A stretch of 34,800 nt of DNA from a virus. Lineage: Duplodnaviria > Caudoviricetes. Shown here in pieces: positions 18,385 through 27,050 of the stretch (within the stretch, counting starts at the first letter, position 1; the number at the start of each line of letters is the position of its first letter). The DNA is taken from positions 1-34,800 of IMG/VR virus record IMGVR_UViG_3300030059_002600. One strand, given 5' to 3'. Under the pieces are notes generated by a model. The model made no database searches. It was not told the DNA's origin and worked only from the letters and a program-made list of their open reading frames with translations. Both the position numbers and the translations under genes were made by a program.

Positions 18385-19629
18385 TTAAAATCTCACATTT
18401 ATATCTATTATTGGTTTGGATATTGGCATCAGATAGGCGATGGTATATGTAGCCGCGTCTGGTAAATGGTCAATATTTGATTTTTTATCTGGCTCGCCGT
18501 TTACGTCATAGGTCAACTGCTCAAAGCATCGAGAAGTTTCAGGGCACAACCTGTCGTTAATCATTACCCTGCCATCTTGAAATGCTTTGTTTGCACTCAT
18601 TATTCTATCTTTTACCAGGGGATTCCTATTGTTTGCGTACACCGAAAAGCCAGCTTGTTCAAGCAAAGATATATCACTAGTAGATGCATTGACCGACTTT
18701 CTAGCCCGACCAGAAGCATCGGGATAGACGTTTATGTGGTGCTCTAAAAAGCGATCTTTTATTATATCTATAATAGACGGCGTATCATAAACGCCTTTAA
18801 GCTCATCAACTGCGTGATACACTTTGCCCCTCAGAACATAGATAACCGCTGACATATTAGTCACGTTGAAATCCATGCCAATAAAGAGCTCTTCTTTGAG
18901 CTGTATTTTTTCCTGGCTTCGTTGCTTTAATCTGTCGTAACCGTTGTAAACAGTACCGGACTTTAAGTTTACAAACTGCCCCATTAAATAAGCACTAATT
19001 AGCTCATCAGGATATGTTTCTTTTAGACTACTTATGTAATCAGGCGGCAAAAACTTTTTGTTTTCATAAGTTGACGCCTGGACCATTGAGTAGCTAGATG
19101 TTGGGTTTAATGCAAACTTCTCATAAACAAACAAAAAACCTTCTGGGGTCGTTGTCACAGATATCGTATTTTCTACCCCAGGAATAACCAGGCGCAAACG
19201 AGCAACTATTTTATTCCATGCTTCATTTGCTTTAAGTTTCGGCAGCGTGTCTATTTCATCTACCAGAGCCCTGGCAATCTTAAAACCAATAATGGATGAT
19301 GGTTTATCCATTGAACGACAAATAACAGTCCCGTAGTAGGCTTTCCCACGATAAATATCTATTTCTTTATTTGCTACTTTTATAACAACATTAAAACCAA
19401 GGCTGAGCGCGGCTTCTTCAAAGGTTGGAAAGTAAATGTCTCTTATAGCTGGGTACGTAGGGGCAAAGTAACCCTGTACAGTCCTGGGGTTTCTGGACGC
19501 AAACAGTAGCTGGTCAACACAGCCTATATAAGTCTTGCCCGACCCAAACCCTCCAACGTATGCTTTGTATTTAGTATTTAACCTGTTTAAGAACACATTT
19601 TGAGGAGCACTAAGCTCAAGTCCTTGCAT
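18385..19629 (-). CDS. terL: Terminase large subunit
   Basis: Walker A GGFGSGKT, Walker B LVDE, TTTPEG, nuclease IGMDFN and DHLPDA. Confidence 0.95.
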   Translation of the reverse strand: MQGLELSAPQNVFLNRLNTKYKAYVGGFGSGKTYIGCVDQLLFASRNPRTVQGYFAPTYPAIRDIYFPTFEEAALSLGFNVVIKVANKEIDIYRGKAYYGTVICRSMDKPSSIIGFKIARALVDEIDTLPKLKANEAWNKIVARLRLVIPGVENTISVTTTPEGFLFVYEKFALNPTSSYSMVQASTYENKKFLPPDYISSLKETYPDELISAYLMGQFVNLKSGTVYNGYDRLKQRSQEKIQLKEELFIGMDFNVTNMSAVIYVLRGKVYHAVDELKGVYDTPSIIDIIKDRFLEHHINVYPDASGRARKSVNASTSDISLLEQAGFSVYANNRNPLVKDRIMSANKAFQDGRVMINDRLCPETSRCFEQLTYDVNGEPDKKSNIDHLPDAATYTIAYLMPISKPIIDINVRF

Positions 19630-19990
19630 TTGTCACTTTAATATCTTTAACCGCGTCATTGACAGTAAAAGAAATATTAAGAGGTGGGGACTCTTCTTCA
19701 TTCTCAGCTTTAGCCTCGGACCATCCCGCCTGAGTCTTTAAGTAAAATATAGCAGCTGATACGTTTCCAGCTTTTGCCTGGCCTATGAGGTTTGAACCAA
19801 TAGCCCCAATAGCTTTTGCCTTGCCTCTTTTATAAGACCGAAAAACCTCCGCATCTCTTTTCTTTATTGCAGCAAAAGTATCGGCATCAATACCAAAATA
19901 ATCAGCTATCTGCTCTTGATTTAATACAGCCGCGAGAGTCTCAACTTCCTTAGCTTGTTCTGGTGTTAGTGTCTTTTTAGGCCGCGCCAT
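19616..19990 (-). CDS. terS: Terminase small subunit
   Basis: MARP, HTH QIADYFGI...TF and AAIFYLK; directly upstream of terL. Confidence 0.8.
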   Translation of the reverse strand: MARPKKTLTPEQAKEVETLAAVLNQEQIADYFGIDADTFAAIKKRDAEVFRSYKRGKAKAIGAIGSNLIGQAKAGNVSAAIFYLKTQAGWSEAKAENEEESPPLNISFTVNDAVKDIKVTNART

Positions 19991-21227
19991 TCTGCACCGC
20001 CAGTAACTCGTTATATGTTTTACCGCTTTCTTCGTGTGTTGCTTCTTTGCCTGTGAAGTTTTGCCAGCGCTTGATAATTACATCAACGTATTTTTCGTCT
20101 AATTCCATTAATCTTGCGTGTCGATTTACTTTCTCGCAGGAGATCATAGTTGTTCCAGATCCGCCAAATAAATCAAGGCACACACCATTCACCTGACTTC
20201 CATCAATCAACGCCTTATCGACAAGTTCTATTGGCTTCATTGTTGGATGCAAATCGTTTTTGCTAGTTCGTTTAATTCTCCAAATATCCATGCCGTTATT
20301 CCCGCCATAGAATTTGTGGTTATTAACCCATCCGTAAAACATAGGCTCATACATACTCATGTAGTCACTATTGCTTAATGTGTGGTTACCCTTATCCCAT
20401 ATAATAAGACTTCTATGTTTAAGCCCTGTTCGCGCCATGCTTGAGTAATATTTATCAATGCCTAGCCTGTAGAATGTTATGTAAAAAGCTCCATCAACAA
20501 CCTGAAGGATGATAGAGTTAATCGCATCCAAGAAGTCAGCCCCCTCTTGATCGGTCATTTTGTCGTTCTTTATAGCGCCATGCATTGCATTAAAACTCTT
20601 GGAGCCGTCAGCATGGATGCCACCAGTAAAATCCATTTGGTACGGAGGATCTGTAAAGCACATATTTGCAACGCCGCCATCAAGCAATGTATTTACAGCA
20701 TCTATGCTGGTACTGTCGCCGCACATTAATCGATGGTTGCCTAGTATCCACATATCACCTAATACGCTCACGGGTGTTTCTGGCAATTCTGGGACATCAT
20801 CTTCATCCGTTAAGCCTTCAACCTGTTCAGGCTCTAACAGTAAAGCGAGCTCATCAACGTCAAAACCAATTAAAGATAAATCGAAATCTTCTTTTTGCAG
20901 TGCCTCTAGCTCTAAGGAGAGGAGCTCATCATTCCAACCAGCATTTAGGGCCAGCTTATTATCAGCGATTATATAGGCTTTCTTTTGAATATCAGAAAGG
21001 CCGTCTAAGGTTATTGTTGGGACCTCATCCAGGCCTAATTTCCTAGCAGCTTGAACCCTTCCATGACCTGCAATAATGCTACTTTTACTGTCCAAAAGTA
21101 TTGGATTTGTAAAGCCAAACTCAGAAATGCTTGCAGCAACCTGAGCTACCTGCTCGTCGCTATGCGTTCTGCTGTTATTTATATACGGTATAAGGTCATC
21201 GGTTGGGCGGTATTTAATTTGTAACAT
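19977..21227 (-). CDS. ParB/Srx-domain DNA amino-methyltransferase (N6A/N4C, beta class)
   Basis: ParB-like IIAGHGR and ADNKL; FTDPPY, HPTMKP and DLFGGSG. Confidence 0.92.
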   Translation of the reverse strand: MLQIKYRPTDDLIPYINNSRTHSDEQVAQVAASISEFGFTNPILLDSKSSIIAGHGRVQAARKLGLDEVPTITLDGLSDIQKKAYIIADNKLALNAGWNDELLSLELEALQKEDFDLSLIGFDVDELALLLEPEQVEGLTDEDDVPELPETPVSVLGDMWILGNHRLMCGDSTSIDAVNTLLDGGVANMCFTDPPYQMDFTGGIHADGSKSFNAMHGAIKNDKMTDQEGADFLDAINSIILQVVDGAFYITFYRLGIDKYYSSMARTGLKHRSLIIWDKGNHTLSNSDYMSMYEPMFYGWVNNHKFYGGNNGMDIWRIKRTSKNDLHPTMKPIELVDKALIDGSQVNGVCLDLFGGSGTTMISCEKVNRHARLMELDEKYVDVIIKRWQNFTGKEATHEESGKTYNELLAVQNGAA

Positions 21228-21283
21228 TTAGCACTCCACAGGATAGCTATGTCTGGCCACAGGCTAGACGATTGAATTTTTTT

Positions 21284-21514
21284 TTAATCTTCTTTGGATA
21301 ATTGTTTTTGTAATAACTGAATCTGTAGCTGATTTTTATGCCTGGAACTAACATAGGTGGCAATGGCAAGAGCGATAGACAATAAAACCCCAATAATCGA
21401 CACAATTGATTGCATGGCCGCTAAAGAGGTCGCGGCTAGAATTGTCGAGGACAAATATGCTAGCTTAGTCTGGACCGTCGTAAGGCCAAGCTCTAATATC
21501 TCTGATAGCTGCAT
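21284..21514 (-). CDS. Putative holin
   Basis: 76 aa with 1-2 hydrophobic helices and a charged C-tail; first gene of the late operon. Confidence 0.6.
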   Translation of the reverse strand: MQLSEILELGLTTVQTKLAYLSSTILAATSLAAMQSIVSIIGVLLSIALAIATYVSSRHKNQLQIQLLQKQLSKED

Positions 21515-21585
21515 GCTGGCCCCGTTAATAAGCGAGCCAATTGCTTAGCCGCCCTGATTTAGAGCTGTTGGCTAAGATTGACCGC

Positions 21586-21664
21586 AAAAAAAAAGCCTCT
21601 GCCATTGCTGGAAGAAGCCTGATATCTGTTGCTTTGGGTTTAACCCAAGCATAGATCAATTATA
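21586..21664 (-). promoter_or_regulatory. Late promoter -10 plus short leader ending in a terminator (pR'/tR'-like)
   Basis: TATAAT at 21664-21659, a hairpin at 21631-21650, then a GCAA-capped stem and T9 at 21586-21620. The -35 is poor. Confidence 0.6.
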
Positions 21665-21768
21665 TCCTACATTTGCCCTAAAATTCTTTAATATTTGTGA
21701 ACCTGAGAATAATCAGCATTAAATATGAAATGTCAACCGAAGTTTTTTTGATATTTTCTTCGTATTTT

Positions 21769-22155
21769 TTAAGCCTTTATTCTTGAGCGATACAGGCACT
21801 GATGCACGATTTGCGATATTACTGCTTCAACCCTGGTCCTAACCATTTTTTCCGTCAGACTTTCACGCTGTGCAATTTCTTTAATTGTTAGGCCCAGGCC
21901 AAATTTAAGCCTTGTAATTGTTCTCAGCTGCAAGGCCATTGACGACATGATAGAGAAAGTCGTCTCATCTTCTAAGTGGATCTCATATGACCCTCTTGAG
22001 CCCCCGCCTCCGCCTATTGACTGCTCAACTGACATCTTCGGATATCCAAGGTGAGGTAATCCATTTCGACTCAGCCAGCAATATCTCTTGATTAATATAG
22101 TCGCCCTCTTTTTCTCTTCTTTCGATATAGCTGTATATTTGTTCAAGGCAGTCAT
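21769..22155 (-). CDS. Late gene regulator, Q-like antiterminator/sigma region 4-type HTH
   Basis: LGYP motif and C-terminal HTH (GLTIKEIAQRESLTEKMVRTR); position just before the late operon. Start uncertain (22155 or 22239). Confidence 0.65.
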   Translation of the reverse strand: MTALNKYTAISKEEKKRATILIKRYCWLSRNGLPHLGYPKMSVEQSIGGGGGSRGSYEIHLEDETTFSIMSSMALQLRTITRLKFGLGLTIKEIAQRESLTEKMVRTRVEAVISQIVHQCLYRSRIKA

Positions 22156-22465
22156 TGGCGATTTGCTTGTCCGTCGGTTTGGCAATCCATTGTCTTTCAC
22201 CTTTTTTAACCCCTGTTTTAAATTCAAGATATCGCCCATTTATATAAACCCCTATAAAAAATTCAACGCTCGGTATCGACTCATCGTAATAATCAAAATC
22301 CCCGTCTATAGTTGCCTGGACTGCTTTTTCAATCTTTTTTATGCTTTTTGAATTTTGCCTAAAGGAATGTAGGCTAAGATTGTCGGGGTCAAATATTAGC
22401 CAGGCCCCATTGCCACCCTTAATATCTGCGTTTACTTTTGTAATGAAGCGGTCCAGGTCAATCAT
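22025..22465 (-). CDS. Hypothetical protein
   Basis: GGAGG SD before ATG 22465. Confidence 0.65.
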   Translation of the reverse strand: MIDLDRFITKVNADIKGGNGAWLIFDPDNLSLHSFRQNSKSIKKIEKAVQATIDGDFDYYDESIPSVEFFIGVYINGRYLEFKTGVKKGERQWIAKPTDKQIANDCLEQIYSYIERREKEGDYINQEILLAESKWITSPWISEDVS

Positions 22466-22598
22466 TTTTGACAACCCTCCCATTTACCCTTACTAGAAAG
22501 GCGTCTTTCTTTTTGTCTCGTTTTGACCAGTCTATTAAGGCAATGTGTTTTTCTATACTTTTTCGATTTTCAATTCGCCTGGAGCTGCCTTTGCTCAT
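22458..22598 (-). CDS. Small basic hypothetical protein, 46 aa MSKGSSRR... (not in ORF track)
   Basis: ATGA overlap with the upstream gene; fills the gap in the operon. Confidence 0.6.
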   Translation of the reverse strand: MSKGSSRRIENRKSIEKHIALIDWSKRDKKKDAFLVRVNGRVVKND

Positions 22599-23053
22599 TT
22601 CACGTTCCTTTCTAAACTAAAGTCTGCGCTCTTAATTTTGAAATATATCTCCTGGTGCGACATGCCCTTTTTCTTGTATGCTTTTATTCTATTACTAAGC
22701 TCATCTTCTTGTTTATATACGGGCATAGGGTTAGACCAGTTGCTTCCCTTTGTTTTTATTGTCCTTACTTCAAGTTCTAAAGGAGTACCATCCCTCAAGC
22801 GCACCCTTATTAACTGAGGCGTTAGATGAGGATAAACATCGGCCCATTCTTTAATGCTTTTTGTCTCGCCTTTGTATTTGAATTTCTTCGGGGGTTTTTT
22901 AGGGTAGATTTTAGAAATAAGATGACTTAGATCTGCATTTGGGTTTCTTCTAATTTTGGTTCTGAGCGTGGCTGCTTTTATGCCGTATTTTTTCGCGGCG
23001 TCGGGAATAGTCAATAGCTGGCCATTGAAAATATACATCTTATTACTTGCCAT
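22595..23053 (-). CDS. DNA-binding protein with two HNH-associated repeats and no nuclease domain
   Basis: IFNGQLLTIPDAAKKYGI..ATLR and KYKGETKSIKEWA...LIRVRL. Confidence 0.6.
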   Translation of the reverse strand: MASNKMYIFNGQLLTIPDAAKKYGIKAATLRTKIRRNPNADLSHLISKIYPKKPPKKFKYKGETKSIKEWADVYPHLTPQLIRVRLRDGTPLELEVRTIKTKGSNWSNPMPVYKQEDELSNRIKAYKKKGMSHQEIYFKIKSADFSLERNVK

Positions 23054-23360
23054 AGTGGTCTCCAGTTGGACCATTGGAACCTATAATATCAATCCTAGAT
23101 TCACTATCAGGCCAGACAGGAGCGTTTAATAGGTCATCCATAAATTCTTGGCAATCGCTAAGAATGTCGCTCGTAACTGCCCATTTATCATACGTTCCGA
23201 CCGTGTTATTTGCCGTTGCATCAGGAGCATTTGAAATGTCTGTGGCAATAAATGAGCTCTCAGTTTCGGGCCAATAAACAATTATTCCCTCACCTTCTAA
23301 AGTTGCAAAAGCAGCATTAATCATTATCCTGGTGTTATATTCGCTAAAACTACGTTTCAT
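23043..23360 (-). CDS. Hypothetical protein
   Basis: Coupled ORF in the nin-like operon. Confidence 0.6.
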   Translation of the reverse strand: MKRSFSEYNTRIMINAAFATLEGEGIIVYWPETESSFIATDISNAPDATANNTVGTYDKWAVTSDILSDCQEFMDDLLNAPVWPDSESRIDIIGSNGPTGDHYGK

Positions 23361-23652
23361 TTTTGTTTGCCTCTGCTTCTGCTTCTTCCTCTTCTTTCAT
23401 TCTAAATTCGATCAAAATGTTGATAAGGTGCTTAACTTTTAACAGGTCTTTTAGTCCGTCTTTAAATTTCCACCTGCATAGATATCTAATAATCAAACCT
23501 TCAATAAACCCAATATATTCCTGGTTTGCATAAATAAACTCCACTGGCTGTATTTTCATTTGAGAATAATGGTTGCCCCCTACCTGGTCCTGTAAAAAAG
23601 AATGAGGCGGAAGCTCCGGCTCTTTAATGCAACTCTCAACTTCTAAAGTCAT
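23350..23652 (-). CDS. DUF3310-family protein
   Basis: QVGGNHY....IQP.EFI ... IIRYLCRW..K.GL.DL.K. Confidence 0.85.
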   Translation of the reverse strand: MTLEVESCIKEPELPPHSFLQDQVGGNHYSQMKIQPVEFIYANQEYIGFIEGLIIRYLCRWKFKDGLKDLLKVKHLINILIEFRMKEEEEAEAEANKNET

Positions 23653-23660
23653 AACGGCTC

Positions 23661-24857
23661 CTAAATAGTGATGTCTGGTTGGTGCTTGGGTTGCTCAATG
23701 CAAAAAGTGTGTGACGAATAAATGCCGCCTGATTTTCTAAAGGTAATCATTTCCATCTCCCCATCACCGTTATAGCCCTTTGAAGAGTGCCAGGAATCGG
23801 GCGGTGGAAGTGCGGCGAACACCTTATACTTGACGCCTGCCAAAGTTTTTACTTGTTCTTTATGAAAGTGGCCTACGCACCATAGACGATGAGACGTCCT
23901 ACCCCACGCTTCTGACATATCACGCGCCATTGAACCTGCCAATTGCTCTGGCTTTTGTTTGTCGCCATGATGAATGCCCAATAGCCATTGACCGTATTCA
24001 ATGTAATGATAAAAACCATTGGTTTCTAAAACGGTTACCCTGGGTTCTTTGTCATAATAGAATTTCATCGCCATTTGGATAGCAATACTCGTGTCTGTAT
24101 CGTGATTGCCCTTAGCGCATACCAAGATCACCCTAGCAAACTTGGAAAGCATCCTGTCTGTCATATATCTCAAGGTTACTGCTGCCATGTGCATGACCTT
24201 ACTCAACCTGGTATCTACGTCTTGAGGGGTTCCCCCAGCAGTCATATTGTTGCTTCCGTTAGTGTGTATAAAGTCTCCTAGATTTACTAGCAACCCTGTC
24301 TCGCTCGGCTCGGCCTTGTCGACCAAATAATCTATTGCTTCACGTAATTGCTTGGTTGCTATATCGGAATCAAAGTCACTGTGTTTCGTTTCAAGTCCCC
24401 AGCTATACATGCCGATATGGGCGTCGCCGACAAAAACTGCAGATAATAAGTCTGGCGTATGATGTTTGTGAGGATTTAGCTGGACAGGTTCTGCTGGCTT
24501 CATGTCAGAACAAAGGCCATCAATGAAGTCTTTCAGCGCTTTGGCTTGAAGCTCTTTGTCTCTTGAGGTTTTGACCCACCCCATAACTTTTTCGCCGTTT
24601 TTGTAAAGATTGCTAGTGCCGTTTATTGAATATCCAAAATCTGTTGACTCAGTATTGCCGTTGCTGTGCCTTATAGTTTTGGAAGAAGAAACCTCTCGCA
24701 AATGTTTAATTTTTCGATTTAAATAGCTGTTATCAATTCCCAAGTTTTTACAGGCTTTTGAAACATTTCCACCAAAGGCTACGCACTCATCAAGTTGCCT
24801 GATAAATTTTTGATCCTCAGTAAATTGTTTTAAATACTCATGGTCATTGTGAGACAT
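23661..24857 (-). CDS. Calcineurin-like metallophosphoesterase with N-terminal HTH
   Basis: GDAHIG, LGDFIH, GNHD, HHGD and GHFH motifs; HTH GNVSKACKNLGI. Confidence 0.85.
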   Translation of the reverse strand: MSHNDHEYLKQFTEDQKFIRQLDECVAFGGNVSKACKNLGIDNSYLNRKIKHLREVSSSKTIRHSNGNTESTDFGYSINGTSNLYKNGEKVMGWVKTSRDKELQAKALKDFIDGLCSDMKPAEPVQLNPHKHHTPDLLSAVFVGDAHIGMYSWGLETKHSDFDSDIATKQLREAIDYLVDKAEPSETGLLVNLGDFIHTNGSNNMTAGGTPQDVDTRLSKVMHMAAVTLRYMTDRMLSKFARVILVCAKGNHDTDTSIAIQMAMKFYYDKEPRVTVLETNGFYHYIEYGQWLLGIHHGDKQKPEQLAGSMARDMSEAWGRTSHRLWCVGHFHKEQVKTLAGVKYKVFAALPPPDSWHSSKGYNGDGEMEMITFRKSGGIYSSHTFCIEQPKHQPDITI

Positions 24858-25143
24858 CTGTTATTTCCTTTAGTATTTCTTGATAGCTGGACACGATGCT
24901 GTAGTGCCCTGGCCAATGGTCTAAAAGCCATTGCTGGCTGGGCTTAATAGTTCCAGCTTTAAAACTGCCGTCTTTTTTTAAAGTTTGGGGATCTTTTATT
25001 TCAAACCAGAACGTCTGTTTTTTATAACCAACTAAAATATCATCGTGGCCCAGAGAGACGGAGCAACCCTCAAGACCCCTCAAGGTCTCCACAAGAAGCG
25101 ACTGATTATTGTCTACCCTGGCGGCCTGCCTGAATTTGCTAAT
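24844..25143 (-). CDS. PD-(D/E)xK endonuclease (VRR-NUC/resolvase-like), probable ATT start
   Basis: (M)SKFRQAARVDNNQ ... DILVG ... FEIKD ... PSQ..W...W.G. Confidence 0.7.
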   Translation of the reverse strand: MSKFRQAARVDNNQSLLVETLRGLEGCSVSLGHDDILVGYKKQTFWFEIKDPQTLKKDGSFKAGTIKPSQQWLLDHWPGHYSIVSSYQEILKEITDVSQ

Positions 25144-25393
25144 GAAAAAGCTTTCCTTCTAACTTTGCCGCGTCGGCGTGTAAATAGAAATTAATATCAA
25201 CCTCATATTCTTCTGCCAAGGCAACTATTAATCGGTGCAGTATTTCGTTATCCTCTTCTCTCTCTTCCCTTTGCTTTCTTGTAAGCACTTTTTCAGTGTC
25301 ATTGAGCTGAGACATCTGCGTGTCTGCTAGATTGATTAAGCTGCTAAGAAGTATCAGCGCATCTCTTTCGGGCATTTTGATTTTGAAAATCAT
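25139..25393 (-). CDS. Hypothetical protein
   Basis: Coupled ORF (ATGA overlap). Confidence 0.6.
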   Translation of the reverse strand: MIFKIKMPERDALILLSSLINLADTQMSQLNDTEKVLTRKQREEREEDNEILHRLIVALAEEYEVDINFYLHADAAKLEGKLFH

Positions 25394-25539
25394 TTGCTTG
25401 CCCTCAGTTTTGTAAACATCAAAAAGTGTCGATATCCCCTGACTCTCATTTCCCTGGGGTAGTCTTTTACTAAAGCCTCAAATAACTCAAACGAGCCGTT
25501 GCAGCGCGTTATCTTTCCGTTTAAAGTGCCTTGACTCAT
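25390..25539 (-). CDS. Hypothetical protein, 49 aa (not in ORF track)
   Basis: ATGA overlaps at both ends. Confidence 0.6.
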   Translation of the reverse strand: MSQGTLNGKITRCNGSFELFEALVKDYPREMRVRGYRHFLMFTKLRASK

Positions 25540-25820
25540 TTAATCAGGCCCTGCTTTATCATCAAGTCTTGGGTCCTAACCATTCCTTCGAGGTGCGCAA
25601 GTCGTAACTCGTTTTGCGAGTAACTGCATGGCGTCCGTTGGTCGATACAGTCGTGACAACGGCTACATGCGTAGGAACCTTGAATGTCATATCCCTTCAT
25701 TGAAAGGCCGGCTCCGCCAAGGTGGGCGAGGACCGTGGTGGCTGGATCGAAATTACAGATACCATAAAGCCTCACCTGGCAATCCTGATCGCGGGCACTT
25801 GCCCTTATTTTATTGACCAT
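25536..25820 (-). CDS. DUF1364 (YbcO-like) Zn-binding putative nuclease
   Basis: SARDQDCQVRL.GIC....TTVLAH ... ACSRCHD..D.R. Confidence 0.88.
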   Translation of the reverse strand: MVNKIRASARDQDCQVRLYGICNFDPATTVLAHLGGAGLSMKGYDIQGSYACSRCHDCIDQRTPCSYSQNELRLAHLEGMVRTQDLMIKQGLIK

Positions 25821-26226
25821 TAAAAGTCTCCCTCGACGGAAAAGCTACATGAACACCTTTCGATGCTGTGTAATTATTAATTTCTTCATAAATTACGTTT
25901 ACCTCTGAAGTAACTAGCTCTGATGTTGAGTCTTTATCCGTCAAAGCCGACATCACGGGCCGCCATATAAGCTCTTTAACTAAAGTCTCGGACCAGGAGA
26001 TATCGAGAGGTTTACTTAATGTCTTTTCAACAGTAAAACCAGCATCATTAAAAGCGTTTGCCAGCAACCGATAATATTGATGAATAGCGTTGTTTTGCAG
26101 ATAGGTTCTTTGCTGCGGCTTACCTAACTCAACCTCAATAACCTCGCCAGGCTGTATTTTTTTTAGACTATCGTCCAGTGGCATAAAATAGCCCTTATCT
26201 GTTTTAACGAGCAACGCCTTAGTCAT
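25810..26226 (-). CDS. NinB-like recombination protein
   Basis: RTYLQNNAIH ... STSEL...E. Confidence 0.65.
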   Translation of the reverse strand: MTKALLVKTDKGYFMPLDDSLKKIQPGEVIEVELGKPQQRTYLQNNAIHQYYRLLANAFNDAGFTVEKTLSKPLDISWSETLVKELIWRPVMSALTDKDSTSELVTSEVNVIYEEINNYTASKGVHVAFPSRETFNGQ

Positions 26227-27050
26227 GTGTGACACCATGAACAACTAACTTCATTCTTTGGCAGAGCTTCCGAAAACATATCAACCTGTGTATCTCTTAA
26301 CTCAAACTGTTCTATTAATTTAGCAACAGTCTTGTCACCATAAAAAAAGGAATGAGGAAGGCCAGTTGTTGACGGTTTATCTTGATTTATTTTAGCTTCA
26401 ACAACAGCTAACTTCTTAATATTGGCTTTGCCTTCTTGAGTTTGCCAGACGTTGTACCATGATCTTTCGCTTGATAAAACGCATGGATAACAACCGACCC
26501 TGGAAGCACCAATTTCATACAGAGGGTTTTTTTTAATATTGTGGCGCGAATGAATGTCCCATACGTCCACATCACTCCACTCGACAATAGGCGTTCTAAT
26601 ATTAACGTGGCTAAAGTCCCTCTTTGAAAACTCAGGTAATTCAGAAATAGGATATAAACTGTCAAATGTTAAACCCTTGTATCTCCTTGCTCTAGCACTT
26701 GACTCGGCAGTTCTAACGCCTATCCAGCTTTCAGTAATATCTTTATTTTTTAATAAAAACTCTTTGGATGGCTTGAGTTTTAGGTTAGAAGTGCAAAACC
26801 TAGCCATAGTGTTTGGTAGCATTTGTTTTTGTGTGATTAAATCCAACAACCCCTTGTACTGGCTATTTTTGAGCATTTCTATCTTAATGCCTGTTTTTTT
26901 TTCAATATAATTTAAGTACAAATAATGGGATGAATGTTCAAAGCCAGTGTCTTGATAACACGCAACAAAATCAATATCTAGCTCAATAGCCAACAGCAGC
27001 ATAGCTGTAGAATCTTTACCGCCAGAATAATTGAGCATAACTTTTGTCAT
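26223..27050 (-). CDS. PAPS reductase-family (PP-loop) protein
   Basis: SGGKDS, DTGFEH, RFCT..LK, IGVR..ES..R, NPLY and RVGCYPC. Confidence 0.9.
   Translation of the reverse strand: MTKVMLNYSGGKDSTAMLLLAIELDIDFVACYQDTGFEHSSHYLYLNYIEKKTGIKIEMLKNSQYKGLLDLITQKQMLPNTMARFCTSNLKLKPSKEFLLKNKDITESWIGVRTAESSARARRYKGLTFDSLYPISELPEFSKRDFSHVNIRTPIVEWSDVDVWDIHSRHNIKKNPLYEIGASRVGCYPCVLSSERSWYNVWQTQEGKANIKKLAVVEAKINQDKPSTTGLPHSFFYGDKTVAKLIEQFELRDTQVDMFSEALPKNEVSCSWCHT

Noticed and set aside
22131-22146. LexA box-like CTGTATATTTGTTCAA
   Set aside because: It ends CAA rather than CAG and lies inside coding sequence with no evident promoter.
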